A stretch of 64,000 bases of DNA, from NCBI GenBank assembly GCA_000934665.2, contig KZ538327.1:1-64000 (forward strand). Direction: 5' to 3'. Position numbers and translations under genes: made by a program. Under the pieces are notes generated by a model, which worked only from the letters and a program-made list of their open reading frames with translations, made no database searches and was not told where the DNA came from. Within the stretch, counting starts at the first letter, position 1, and every line of letters starts with the position of its first letter. Positions 12,439-27,000 of the stretch are shown here, in pieces. The DNA is from Catajapyx aquilonaris. Its lineage: Eukaryota.

Positions 12439-15400
12439 TAACTGGTATGTGCCACCAGTGTCAACTGCGATGGTGTTTATTCCTTTAAATGGGTTCATAA
12501 AACATATTTTGGTGGACCATCTCACTTGAGAGTACTTATTTACCTGTCGACCTCAGCATGTTGGTTGTAGATTAATGAGCGACCCTTTTTTGTGAAACCT
12601 TCCATCATTTGGGGATTGATACACGTTAGTTCGGTCATAATATTGCTTGATGTAATTGTCACACAGTCCGAATCTATCTGGTGCCATTCAGTGCAAGATT
12701 GCACTAAATGACTGAAAACTCGATCCGAAATCGAGCGGAAGTCCAATATAAACAGGAAGCATGGATTTGTATTGTTGTCACGATTAATGGGTCACCAAGC
12801 GAACAATTACTGTATTTTGTTGGGTAAAGGGTATTGTTCTGCCGATGCAGGATAGGGTAATGTGGTGGTGTAGTGTGTCATGCTGCATTATGACCTACCT
12901 GTTGGACACCCTACACAGCCTACAAGAAGGCATTTATGGCCAGGTGTCAGCAGGAAGTCAAAAGGACTTGTTAGTTTTTGTTTCTCAAATTTCATGAATT
13001 TCATTGTGATGAATTTAGGATACTATTTGCTTAAGTTCACAGAATTTGTTCTGGCAAACAAGTGGCATTTGTAAATAGTTTTATTTTGTACTTGTATTAT
13101 GTAGACGCGTATGGGATTATCAGTATAAGATGGCAATTAGGATTAGCATTTTATTCTTGCTGCAGTTACTCTGAAAATACGCCTTATAAGCTTATTTGGG
13201 AATAATGATGGAGAAAACTGTATTAATACCTTGTACGAAATGCCAAGGGATAAATTAAAAATAGATGTAAATTACATCCTCGTACGCTTGGCGTCTATGC
13301 GAATTACCGGGGACGATAGTATGAATAATTTATTACTTTTTCCTTAAGCCCATTGATATTTAAGATTAAAGATCATCATAACTTAAGAGTGCTGGTGCCA
13401 GGGAAAAGCCTACCAGTTTAGGTGGAAATATGCAACTCATTTAACTGACAGCGTGACAAAATGTTCAAGAATATTGTTTCCTTGGGCCCCATGCATACCA
13501 GAGTAGGCGCTTGGGTGACGTTCTAGGGTGGTACAACTTGTATGAAAAGAAAAGGAAACAAGTGTAATGAAGACATTTGCAAAAGTAGTAGCAAGCATCT
13601 GGCGGGCTGTCGACAGCACAATGGCCAAGTAGAGCTACTAGTAAAAGTGGTAGCCTTGCCTCCGGGAAATGCCGCTTACTCAACAGTCCTAGTTTATTGG
13701 CTTCTTCGGGAGTCTTGGAGGTGCGTGTAAGAGACAAGATGGGCCCCAAAGTCCTTTTTCCCGCACCTCTTGTGGTATATAGGGGCGCCCCGCCCTTCAC
13801 TAGGCTTGTTCCATTTCCAAACAATTGGGCCATTTGTCCCCGGCTGCAGCAGGCATCGCATCGATTGGATCATTTGATAAAGTGAAGCGCTTAAATCTCC
13901 CGCCTCCCCATCCCGAACAGCGGTGCTGCGGGCAGGGTGAGCACTAGTACCCACTATGAATGCTACTTACTGCCCACAATATCGCACTTGCTTCCGGCCT
14001 ATTTTTGATGTCTGCCAAAATGGCTGTAAAGTGCGGAACATCTTACGTATATTTTATGGCAACCCTTTCTGCAGGAACACTCCTTGGACGCGAAGGTAAA
14101 GGGTGTCGTCAGGTTTCATAGCGCGTAAAGGAGTGCCAGTGAATAATGTATAATATGAGGTGAGATTCTCCCAACTTTTTTTTTTTCAGGAGGGCAATTT
14201 TCTGTCTCTTGTACACCGAAGAGTGCGGGAGGATCTTAGTTTTTTTTTCTTATTTTGATGGATGAAAAGTGCGGGCGGAAACTTCCAAATAAAAGCGGAA
14301 AGGAAATCAGTCAGCATGCTGAGTGACGTGGTGTTCCCCAACTGGCCTGGGAAGCGGCTCATGTATAATGCAAGGGATTTAATGAATTTCCTGTTGAAGG
14401 AGAGGGCAGGAATTTAGGACTCAGGCTAGAGAGAAGCCTTAGAGGGTGGGGTAGCGGGAGAAAGAAAAGAAAAAAAGTCAGATTGCAAAACCCAGTCTAT
14501 TCCTAAACGACCATTTATCTTCATTTCCACTCCTCCAGAGACACAATGGACTACACGCCGCATAATTACGGAATTACATTCACGAGAAATCGTTAAGGAG
14601 GGATTCACTTGTCGCTCTCTAACTGAATTTTGTGTCCTCCAGTTTTACATTCAATTTTTCAATAAATGGGGGTATGTAAAGCAAGGTGATTTTCCTATGT
14701 GCAGCAAAAGGAACCGTCAAAGGAGCTTGTTGTATTTGCGCGATAAATAAGAGATTTTGCTAGGTTTGCAAGAGCACTTTCCTTCTGGGCTGTACCATTC
14801 CGGCGGGATGAACGCTGGCTATATGGTTGAGAGAAGGAAAGGAGGGCTGTGGTAGGGATCAAAGCACCAAGAGCTGGGGTCTTGTTGGTGCTTGTTATTC
14901 CGCACTTGCGCCGCTCCAGAAATGTGGAAAAGGTGCTAGGACTTTTAAGGGATTGCATAACCTTTTAGCCCCCTTTTCCTCCCCTCGCAGGGATCCAAGT
15001 GTCAGCTTTTGATCGATGAAAAAGAGAAAAAAAAGGAGAGAAGGCGGGCTACCTACCCCCTTCTCTTGTTCTCTCTCCGCTCAGTGCGGAATCAAGGGCC
15101 CTTTGGAATTGCCTAGGCCTACCGGCTTTCTAGGAATTTCTTCCCCGCAGGAGTAGAGGGGAGCTGGTAGCAAAATGGAAGCTGGATCGCTCTTGACAGC
15201 GGGATGTTGTGGAGGGGAAGAAATTGCATTCGTCGGCTGGCGGGAGGATTGAAATCGGCTTGATTGGGAACAGTCTGCCTCGCATTTATATGGAGGTCTG
15301 TTTGATGTCACCAAGAACTGCCGTCAGACGCACGTTCCTGCCGGACGACACTTGAGGACCCATGCTGTGGACATCATAATGTATGGCCCACCCTCGAATG

Positions 15401-18029
15401 TTTCACCGCATATTCCCCTGATTTGATTGACGTGCTGGTCTGGATGTAATTTGTCAGGCGGTGTGAAATGCCAGGTTGTCCGTCATGGTTACACATAGGA
15501 GCCGACACAAGCGTATATGCTACCTATTGTCTTTTTTTCCTGCAGATGCCAATCCGGAGACAAATAGATGCAGTTGTCATGGCGGGAAAAGTTGGGATGT
15601 CTTGATGAGTTGTGTAGTTAGTGGCAGGACTATATCCCTACGGGAAGAACTGGGTGGAACGTAATTAAAGAGGCTTTTCCAGGAGAAGAAGGTCTGAGGC
15701 AGCTGCACTTACACAAAAGATTTAATTATTCTCAACGATGATAGCTTTTGCACCGAGAAGGCAAAACTTGCTTAATTAGGGCGATTACATTTGGATATTT
15801 TCCGCCGAGTTGGGGGGATGACTGGGAATAAACTGCATTCGAGAGCGTCTCTGGAGAAAAGCGAGAGAGGGAAAGAAGTTGGGGATGAAGTTTCTTTCGT
15901 GTCATCTTTCTGAATGGGGTTCTTGACAAATTCATGTATTTTTTATGTAGGTAGATGGGCTTCTGATGGTTTTCCGTGCAAATTCAGTTGGGATTCTGTT
16001 GGGCAGAGTTTAGCTTTCATGCTGGCAGCAGGAATTTTTTTGGACCCCCTTCTACTTCTCTCAGATGGGTTATCTGGGATTCCCGTAAGCAGGCATAAGT
16101 GGATCCATCGGATTGACGGCGTTGAACGTGATTGGCCTGCAGTTTAGCCGGGCCACATATCTTCTCCAGCAAGAGGGTTGTTAAAATATCACCCACTTGC
16201 ATCTTGGAAGGCCCAATTTATGTGAAGCGTGGCAAGGACCTGAATTCTATACTCGAGCCACTAGTTTCTTGCAGACTGGAGAAGTAAAAGCGAGTTCTAA
16301 TCTCCTTCGCTCAGTGGGAGAGCTCCCAGAAGATTCATCTTTTAACAGGTCCCCCAACTGGAACGATTCATCATAAGCTCTCCAAACAAATGACGTTGGG
16401 GAGTGCTGTTGGCGTTGTGGCTCTCTCGATGATTTTCGGTAGACATTGTGATGCGTCCTTTTGTTGCCGATATTGGCTACAATGGCCAGCCTGGATTTTA
16501 GATCAAAGACAACGTTTTACAGCCCGCTGTGTAAACGCGGCCGACATTGTGACCACTAATCTTATTGCACCTGCCGAACCGTGCTCTATGCATGTGTATA
16601 TGGCCTGACGCTTCGAACCAAGCCGAATTTTGTATTCTATTGTGCCGCCGGACAAAAGCGACAAACGAGACCGAACCTGTGTTGATCTATTTTGCGTGTT
16701 AGTGCTGTAGATAAGAAATTAAAGGTTGTAATCACCTCCGCTTCAGTGGGCGAAACCTTATCTGCTCTCCTCTCCAATGACTTTCATAGATCTCTCGCCC
16801 CATATAAACCCAAAAAGCTCGGTTCATTTTACGGCCCGTAGTGTAATGGCACAAGTTAAGGATAGTTGCAGCGGCGCCAGTGTTCATTTTCCCATAAAGA
16901 TTTTGGTGGTTTTTTCCTCCCCCCATCTCTTCACACTCCTGCTTCTACCATGCTGCAGGACTAGGAGAGTCCCTTCGAGCGTTGTAGTTCACGGCAGCAT
17001 CGTTACTGCAAATCCAAGCGAGCATCCTGTTAAATGATGTATTCTGGTGGAGAAATGGCGTCCTGTGAATGCTCCGAGACCGCGGAATAATTCTGGGCCG
17101 TTGCGCCCAACCAGCATCCAGTTGCTTAATTCCTTTCCGCAAGAAAGACCGAGGCCATTTCTCAAGTGGCAAACGGAAACCCCTTTACTTTTTCTGAATC
17201 GCCTCCCGAGTGGAATAGGAATGAGGCTTCCTTTCTCTCTCCCCCATCCCTCCTTGGTCCCCATAGTGTTTCTCTTTGTAGGCGTGGAAAGATCCGCGTG
17301 TACGAAGAGCAGTAATATTCTAACCTCCCGCGCGCCTGGTGCCATATCCGGAAATCTCAAGTGCCGCATTTGTTATCGAAGGCGGGAAGAAAGGCGAGAT
17401 TCATCATCCGCAGTGGACGGCACTATCTTCCCCGCCTCTTCCATTTGAGCCCAGGAAAACCAAGAGCCTTTTTATTTAGCGTAAAAGCCTCCAGAGATTC
17501 CTAGGGGCTATGATAGATGATCCGACTGATTGCCACTAATACAGTGACCATTGGTGCGAGTTGGCCTGCCTGCTTGCTTTTTTGGGGGTATTGGCTCCTG
17601 TCAATATCTGGGCCGCTTTTTATGGACCGAGGGTGTATAGTTTCCGATACTGCACCCGGAGTACATTTGTACTCCCCAGAGTCACGCCCGGTTGACTGCA
17701 GATGGATTGATTTCAGATATCATTGGCCATGCATGGAGAGTAATTGAAAGCTATATAGAGTCGAGTGGGAGTTTGGTGGTGCCATGCAGCACTTTTCACC
17801 CGGTGTCGTTGACGCCTGCCTGCTGACTTGGAAACTGTTCGGAAGGGTCGGCCTTGTGTCGACAGACATGTTTTCGAATGCCTCTCCACGTAGAGATACA
17901 CACGTATGCTGTGCTATATTGTCGTCGCGTGGTAGGGTGGAAAATTCAATAGGATGCATAGTTTGACAGTGCAGTGAAAATTCCATCATGTTGAACCGGC
18001 CTTTGTGGCCTGCACGGAATGGCTTCAAA

Positions 18030-18032
<3 letters not shown>

Positions 18033-18062
<30 letters not shown>
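18033..18062. repeat. (CT)15 microsatellite
   Basis: Seen directly. Confidence 0.95.
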
Positions 18063-18066
<4 letters not shown>

Positions 18067-21000
18067 TTCGCATCATATTTAGCGAGGTGATGATGGACGT
18101 GACCGGAGCCATTTTGCCTGCGTTATGCAAGGTAGCCAGACCCTTCGACCCGGAGCAGTCCCAGCGGACCTGTTTAGCGTTGTGGTTATGCATTGATTAC
18201 CAGATAGGTTGTAAAGTCATGACAGGCGTGTGTAATTATCGTTGTACAATAGCCCCATCAGACTTTTGAGCCTGCCTGAATTGCTTGCGCTTACTATTTC
18301 TCATTCGTGAATCGGATGGCTATCAAACTGAAATCATGCTGTACCACCCGCTGTATCCCTCCGCGCATAAATGACGCGAATAGTAAAACTCAAATTGTTG
18401 TTGATTGCCAGCAATAAAGCGACAAGGAGCAGTAAATCTGAAGCAATGACGCCATGTTTACAAAAGAGACGCCTTGCGGGCGTTGTTACAAACGCGGATC
18501 AACCGCAGCAGAGAGATTACCACAAAGGCGCTCCGGATGATTGCGAGAGAAGAAAAAAAAAATGGAGAAAAGTACCGGCGACATATATATCCAGGTTTTC
18601 GCACACGCAACTCGATCAGCGGAGGCCGGCGCAAATTCTGGGAATCCCGCCGCTATAAATGCTGTATATCCCCGGCCCAGTATATGCGGTTTCAAAAAGG
18701 AACACTAAGTGCTATAAATCAACCTCGCATGGCTCCACCACGAATACTATAACAGCCTCCAGCATGAAATATAACCCGAATGTGGCCTGCCGACCGGCCT
18801 GCGATTTACCGAGGAATTAACGAAGAAAAGCTTTTAGGCCCAAGAGCATGGGGGCGATCCCAAAGCCGGTACCATGCCAATGATTCACGGCGTTTATGCA
18901 CATGAGTGTCCACAAATTATTGTTACGAATTGGGAGAGTGAATAAATCCGGGACGACATTTTTAGTCCAGGTTATTCTCAGGATGATGGCGTCTGGCCGG
19001 TTTCTTTCTTATTACAGAAAATGCCGGCAAAGAATATTGGCAGTTGTCAGGGGGGACTGGCCCATTCTGCGGACGTTGCGCCTTGGAAGCAGGGAGGCTT
19101 CTTCGTTTTCTTTTTCTTTTTTTTATCTGATGGAGGAGATGGTTGGGGTCTCCTTTTTCCGCCATGTGTGGGGATGGAGTTTCTCTTCCCCGCATCCATT
19201 CCGTGTTGGGGGACAGTTGGGCTTCACAATTGGAGAGATAATGCTCCAGGGCGCAGCTCTTGCATCCGGAAATGGAGCAGTTGGCCCGTGTGGGGAAAGC
19301 TGGCATTTTGCCTGATTAAATCAACGTTTAGTGCTTCTTTTACGGCGAAGCAGATTGGAGGGTAGCAGCTGGCAGGCGGAGACACGTAGACGCACTCGTT
19401 TCCTATACACACCGGCATCAAAACACCTCATACCCAGCAATTATTGCACATTGGTTCTGTAAAGCAGGGTAATGCCAATGGACGAATGAAAGCGTTCAAG
19501 ACACGTCACTCGGGTAACTGCGCATCCGATTGGGTTGCGCCTAATTAATATTATATTTGGACGTGATGGGAATTTTGCCAGTGACAGGTTAATTATGAGA
19601 ACCAAGATCCTCGCTGAAATGTCGGTTCACTGGTCTTGGTAATTTCCGCCTGCCAGCAGTTGGCGCCCGAATCGATACTTGGCAAAGTTTTCTAATAAGG
19701 AGACGTTTTCCCAAGACTTTTTTTTTTCCACCCGCCTTTCTGGGTAAGGATTGGTGTACGGAAGTGCAGTCGTAGTTTTCCCTCACCTAATTATTTGAAA
19801 TCCGGTTAGGTAATTGTGTGTTTATTTTTTGGTTAGCGTATAAGCCTTTGAATATTTGTACAGGACGGGGAAGAGAAAAGGAGTTGCCATTTTAGTGGGC
19901 AATTTGGGCCGCAGTGTGTTCAGTAGAAGATAGCCGGGGAAACAACTTCATTGAAAGAGAAGAGTTGGTGGGAGAGGCCGCAACATGTGTGCTACATTGT
20001 TCTTGGCGCCTGAGGCTAGTTTGGCCAGACATTACGAGCATCTGAAAAAGCGCAAGGCCATCGCAAAGTGCCCATTAGGCCACCTACGACTCATCATTTC
20101 CTCGCCTACAGATATCTAAAGTTGGCCACTAACCCCGACATGGTACACTCCTTAGCAGATGAAATTGTGCAATTCAGGCTACTGGACAGTAATCAAGACG
20201 AGCTTTCGTCCGAAACAAAATAAAGTCCTCCCCGGCTGAGCGCAAAACCGTGGCCTGCAAACCATCTCACGCGATACTGTGCAATTATCATTTTCGCATG
20301 TATAATTTGCTAAAAGGGGGAAAAGTGGGAGGTTATTAACGTGGAACAAACGCTCCCCCCATTACTGCTAATCGCTTGGAAAGAAGATAGTGTGTGGTTC
20401 AAATCAGCCGGAAAGGCATGTGACGGGACGGAACTCGCATTTGTTTAATGGCAGTGCACTATGCCGTGTGGTCCATGATCAACTACCCCAGGCGTAGAGG
20501 GTGCGGTAATTCCCAGCCTCCAATTAATTTGAAGGACCGAATGTGCAATTGAAGCGTGGAAATTGAATGGCCTGATGTCTGCATTCAAATGGCACATATG
20601 CACCTGTTGCGCTGAGCCCACCCTGTAGGCTAAAACTTTTTTTTTTTTTTTTGGCAGACGGAGCGAAAAGGGGGTCGTATGTTCAAAGGGATGCCTACGC
20701 CGCATCGGTTCGAATTGCGTCATATTGCATTGTATCGGCATTCTTGCTACATACGCACTGGCACAGTACGCATTCCGATAGTATTTGAGCAGGTTTCCGT
20801 TCAACAGGTGCATATGTGACGGTTTGGTATATCAAAATTGGTGTCAAGGTATATTGGCTCGGTATGTCTCCCTCTGTGGCTTCTCTGGCTGCAGCTGAGC
20901 CTCTTATTATCCGGATTGGGGTTTCGCTTGAAACGTATGGGAGAAGGAGAGCGCAGGTTTGAGGAAAGGAATTTGTAGCGAGCCCAACTTTCTTACCCTT

Positions 21001-24000
21001 CCAGTTCTCTTCCCAATTCTTTCTCCAACAGAAGAGGGTTTGGGGGGGGGAGAGAAAAAGAATGGCCACTCCGGGAGCGGATATTGCTTGAGGAGCACGT
21101 TTTAGCGTTCGAGATTCCCAGATTCCACTTAATCCGAATTGGACGTCGGGATGACCTCGGCGTAATTTAAGGCCCGAGTGGGATTACACCAAATCTCCGC
21201 CACTGAGAGCTCCCGGACCCCCTTGCTCTTGGAAATAAGATGGATCAACAATGGGTCCGCCATCCTGCTTGACGCACCTGGATCCATTTTCCAATTGGAA
21301 TGTCACTTCCCGGCGCATTTCACTCAGCTGCACCCGAATGGAAGAGGGGGATAGAGAGGGTGGGCTTCTGTGGAAACGTTTTTAGAGTAATTCGATACCG
21401 TCCACTTGGAACCGCAGCACTTTGGGTCGTACCTGGTTATCGTCATGGACGTACAGTGTAAAACCAGGTATCTAAATGATAGAAAAACCGATGCGGCTGC
21501 ATCATCGGAAAACGGGGTCAGTGCAGTGTGCAGCAGCGGCTGGGGTGGAAAGAGCAAAGAAAATGGTTACGGTCTTGTTTAGTATACAGAGTGAAGGTTG
21601 TGAAGAATTCCCCGAGAGGGTTGGAAGAGGTCGCGGGAGGGTTGTAGTGGCTGAGAGTTCCACGTGGGCCTGTTCCGTCTGGTTCCAAGGAGCGCTTCTC
21701 CTTTCCAGAAACGCATCTCTTGTTTCCCCTCCAAGACGCCAAAGGGCTTGGAGCAGGCTCCTAGGCTCGTTTGTTTGCCTGTCGCCAGGCTTTGCCGAGC
21801 TCCCGACGCGACTTTGGAGCCAGGGCTCTCCAAAGGCACTCTGTCATCATTTCCGCCAGAAATTAAATGTTGTTTTATGCAAATGTTCGAGTCGGACGGG
21901 ATAAAAAGCAAGCTGGATTTCTGAACATAATTACATTTTTTTTGGAGGTCCTCTCTTGCCTGCTACCAAATCTGAGCTGAATGCCGGAATTGTGGGGTAA
22001 AAATATACATATACGGTGTGGGTATGGGGTAACATGGGAATGCACCGAATGATTAGGCCAAGGCAAACACGCAGAGTCAACTTGGAAATCATCTGTGGTC
22101 GAGTAAGGGGACACCCGTGCTCTCTGGGGAGCAAAAAAAAAGTCAACAGGTGTCCTGTGTCTTCGTTCCCAAGTCATCCTTTTCCCCAGACGGTGTCGCC
22201 TCTCCCATTTCCACCACTCATTTGTTTCGACGAAAGGGAACGAAAAGCTTGTCGAAGCCCTCGTGTCACTCGATTCTCTATCGGAAATTACCCCAGACTT
22301 GACGGTAAACATCCGGGTGTTTTGTTCCACGTCTGCTCATCTAGTGTAGTTAAAGATAAATGAGGACTTGCTCCGTGCAAGCCCATTTTGGTCTCTAGTT
22401 ACACTAGTTTAGTATCGACTTTTTTGTCATGATTGATTAATGAAGCGTATAATTAATAGAGCGTATGACATGTCACGAAACGAGGGTCGTTTACTCACAG
22501 CACATATAAAAGCAAAAGTCTTGTTGCAGAGTATACTACAGGGCTATCGTCACGTTATTGGATTCACCAGCTGTGTTTTATGAGTCAAAGTACGCCGCGC
22601 GGGCGAATATTGTAAAGAGCCTGGGAACAAGAGACGCGAGTCGGATACCGTCTCCCCTCGCTCTTTTCCAGCACTTGGCCAATTATCATAATTATTCCCA
22701 CGTGGACTGGGGGGGAAGCATTATTGTAATTTTGTTTTCGACACGGATCCCAATTACTCGATTCATTGGCGGTCGTAAATTAGCGCCAGGGGCTGTTTTG
22801 AGCGTAATTCGCAGCAAATTTGGAAACCATAGTGGGGGGGGGGGGGAAGTGGAGAAGTTGCGTTTGGGAGGAGGGGCGGCAATAGTTGGAGAGCCCTGAT
22901 TGTTGTCAGGGCGGGAGGAGCAAGGAGCTGCATCTGATGGATCGGCTGCAGGAATATGGCCCGCTGCAACATCCGCTCCCTTGTCCCAAACTCCGCGCCG
23001 CATTTGTCACGCTCACTCGCGAGGGATTCTGCAGCCCTCCCAAACATTGCTGCGCACACAAATTTCCAGCACAGGCTCGGGCTTGCTGTGTCCGAAACTT
23101 TCGCCTATTGACACTAATGCAAAATCAGGAAAGGGAAGCGGGGGGAGGGGGGGGAGGAGGGAAGCCCGCTCCAAGGCACAAGGTACTTTTTTCTGACATA
23201 CTGCAGTGCAGTGGTTCAGTTGCGCTTTTGTGGAGGAATGATGCACTAATGGCATAGTGACATCTACTGCTGTGTGTGACTAAAGTGGCAGTGGCTTTTC
23301 TCATAAACTACTATGAGTTAGCATTTCACGAGAGCGTTGCATTAATCCCTGTAAATGACGCGCATTCTGGCAGTATACTGCAGCGCTAGAGGCCATGTGA
23401 GTGAACAACTTTTTGTTCATATGGGAGTATAATTATGGGCAGTAAAACAGGCAACATTTTTTTCCCTGGATGCCAGTGTAATATGGGAGGATGCCTGTGC
23501 GTTAGACGAAATTTTTGCGACCTGGCAGGTCAAAGCACACTGAGCCCTATCAATTTGTGTCATCTTCAAGCACTCATTTTATGCCGAGTCGAAAATACTT
23601 CCCATTTCCTGGGGACGGCCCGTAAAAAAATTCAATCGGAGTTTTCTAGATTTTACTGGCAAGACGTCGTTGAGGTTTTGTCTTTCCATTCAGGTTGTAG
23701 GTTCACAAATGGCAAGCTAGAAGTGAAACCACGCGGCAATAGCTGGGGCTGAGGGTACATAGGACAATTTCATCGCCAGCACATAAGTTACTCATAAAGT
23801 AGAACGGTTGCTGTTGGGCTCCCTTCCCAGAAAGCCACATGTTACAAGTGGGCGGTGTGCTGAAACTTTGACGCGATCTTACTCCTGGGAGACGTCACTC
23901 TGAAGCCCGCCGTCAAGCACTTTTTGGTGCCACTCGACGGACAGAATGCTGAAATTTTTAGCGCCTGGGCCAGCAGGCTTCATCCTTCCTTCCTTCCTGT

Positions 24001-27000
24001 TCATAATTTATTTTGTTCCCCGCGAGTACTTCCTAAGCCTGTCTCTTATCCCATTTTTTTTGCATCATGGCGCTCCGTCGTTGTGGCGTCGTTTCCGCGC
24101 CGGTCTTACTAGGAAGTTGGCAGCCAGCCTGGAGGACTGGAAACCGCGGTTAGTTGGCCAGTACAGTATACGCCAGCCTTGCTCATCCTGGGAAGTCCGA
24201 AACCCATGCGCTTCAATTGCTCACCAGGAAGCCTGATGGACAGGGGTAATCTCCAGCCCTAGAGATTGGACAAAGAAACTTTTCCTTTTGGGAATGTTTA
24301 TTTATTTATACAATAATCTCCCACCCACTACAACTTTAATTACTGTACTCGTAAATAAAAGACTAGTTTGATCAGTCCAATAAAAAAATTGTATGTAGGT
24401 TAAAATATAAAATGCGTTTACAATTTGACGCCTGTTGCTCTTACCGGCACATTCTGTCCCTGACATTAGCGCCACTTGGCCAAGTTGTTAGCTGCAAATG
24501 CCTTGAGGCTTCGGTGTCAACAATGCTCTCCGCGACACTTGTACCGCATGCTGCGGCGGTTCCAAATAATTTTCCCCCTCGGCAACATTGGTCGCACGCG
24601 GTTCCAAGCAAAGGCCGACTGGGTACAGGTCGGGCAGTAAGGCTCACGTTTTGTCAATTTCTCGCCATGTATAAGTCTCAACTGGCCGTTTGAGGGGATT
24701 GAGCCCGGTGCTTGGATGGCCGGGTAGTTATCCGGGCCACATGACGAGTTGAGGTGGACTAATGGGGGCCAAGTAGAGGCCGGGGCCATTAGTACTACCC
24801 GCGATACTACGCCACGGGCCAAAAGTTTCCAGGACGCCGTAGAGGCAGGCCCTCCATGTGCCACTTACATAATGAGGGCGTTGGAAGGATTAGCCTCCGG
24901 ATCTATTCCAATGGGATCTGTGTACAAGTTTCCCCACCTAACGAGGGTGCCATGGGATTAGGCCGTGGTGCTCCTTCGGACTCTTCGCATGCTGTCAGCG
25001 TTTTGTAATTATTAATTTCCTCCGGCTCATTGTTCCAACTTTTCTACCAATGCAGTTTCAGCCCGACGAGGTCAGCATTGCAACTTGGGCGTCATTCGAG
25101 TTCAAGTCAGATGAGGAGCCGCAAAGTTGGCATTAATAGACATACTTTGGGCTCCGTGTCGCGGAAAAGGTTTCAGACCCAAGTTTTAACTAGGTGGAGA
25201 AGTGTGACAGAACTAGATTAGTTGAGCGGGTTCAGCTGCAATGGCGGGACTTTTCTGACTTGCATTGTGCCAGGTGCGCACCTAACAACGCAAGTTTCGG
25301 TTGGCACAAGTTATGCTACTTGTAGTAAGTGGCAGGTGGAAATCGCAAACTTGAGAAAGTATAACTTAAAGGCATGTTCCCCACTCAAAATATGGCAATT
25401 TGTCTCATTGGGAATTAATATGTGTGGTTGCAGGATAATGAAGTATATGCCTACATGTTGGTACGTCGATTCATGCAGGCTTTCTTTGGATGTGGCGATG
25501 ACTGATGCCCGGTGGGAGGTGATTGGCAGCCGAAATGAATAGGTGAGAGGTGAAGGCCATAAATCTTTTCCGAGAACCATTCTTTTCCTCCCTAATATGG
25601 CTTGGTGCGTCGGCATCCAGGCGTGTGGTCCCTCCTCATTCGTGCAATTGTATGGGAATTGCATTCCAACTTAATTAATGGATGAGGGTCTGGGAAAGTG
25701 TAGCTGTGGGGCCTAGGAGGGGGGAGGGCTTGGTCTTAAGGAAATCTCATTTCTGCACGCAGTGTGCAGCAAAGTAATTCACGACTCGGAGTGATTCTCC
25801 GGCAACGTCGTTTTGTCCTTATATCAGTGAACTTGGGGAGTGTTCACTACTAGCCTCCTGGGCCGGCGGAAGACAACAGCGGGGAGCGCCAACATATAGC
25901 CATGAATATTTATCTCGTGTTAAGTGTGTTTACACAGAGGGGGATGGTTGGGAGAGCCAGGAAGAAAAACCTCCTTGTACGAAAGATAACGAGTTTCGGA
26001 CGAAAAGTGGCATGGCAACGAGGCGTGAAAAATTCACAAAGGAGAAACTTGGTGGAGTTTGGCCAGGTTTTCGCTGCGGACTAATGGATCGAGATGAGAC
26101 TCTTCCCTTTGCTTCTTTTCTTGTGGGGTTTTTTTTTTTTCCAACCATCCCTCCCCTCTCCTCGTCCTCTTCCGCCTCAACTTTCCCCTACAGGGACATC
26201 CGCGACTCACAAAGAGAAGAGACTAAAGAGAAAATTGGGAAACCTTTACTATTGATTTGTGGGGCTTGTGCTTTGTGGTTGACTCCGGCTTACACTTTTG
26301 AGTCGAATGAGCGTGTAGTCGGTACGCGTTTCAGCGCTTTTGATTTGATGAAAGTAGTGTGAATTGTGTGGCAGAGTGTTTTATCAGACATGAGTTCCGG
26401 GACTGTCGTTAGAGCCCAGGAAAGCTGCTTGAAATATACGTGAATGTGAATAAAGGAGTTTAAGACCGTCTGGAAGGTGTTTTTTTCCCCTCTCCTTCCG
26501 CTGCTATGCTCGTACAGAAGCTGTTACTTGAAAATGTAAGATGAGTTTTGCGTTTGATGAGGCATGCTAAGAATTCCTCTTTCACACTCGGAATGAAAAT
26601 AGCTCTACCATGTATGGTCTAATCGCATTGACGAGCTTCTGGCAAAGTTATGCCGAGTCGGTTTTACTGCTGAGCTTGCCGAGAAAACTGATTGCAGGTG
26701 TTGTGCATGGCCCTAGTTCGTATTGATTCAGCCTCTCCAAGGTGCACATGCTGGATAAAATAATGTGAGTGCATAGGGTATGTACCGTATGTGTGTCTTG
26801 GGCAGGCATCCTCGGGAGTGGATTTTTGCATGACTCCAAATCGGGGAACGTGGCCGGCTAATTGACAGCGGGGAAGGAGAGGGAGCTATTTGGGGAATGG
26901 ATGGTAGGTGGACACGCGATCTGCGGCACGGTTCAGGTGCTGGGGATTTGGGGAGCCTACAGCCAGCGACTGATTTTCATGGGCTGCTCTTGCTTTTCCT

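Noticed and set aside
15521..15605. Acceptor-like TTTTTTTCCTGCAG followed by ATG
   Set aside because: The phase-0 frame stops after 19 codons, with no family similarity and no good donor.
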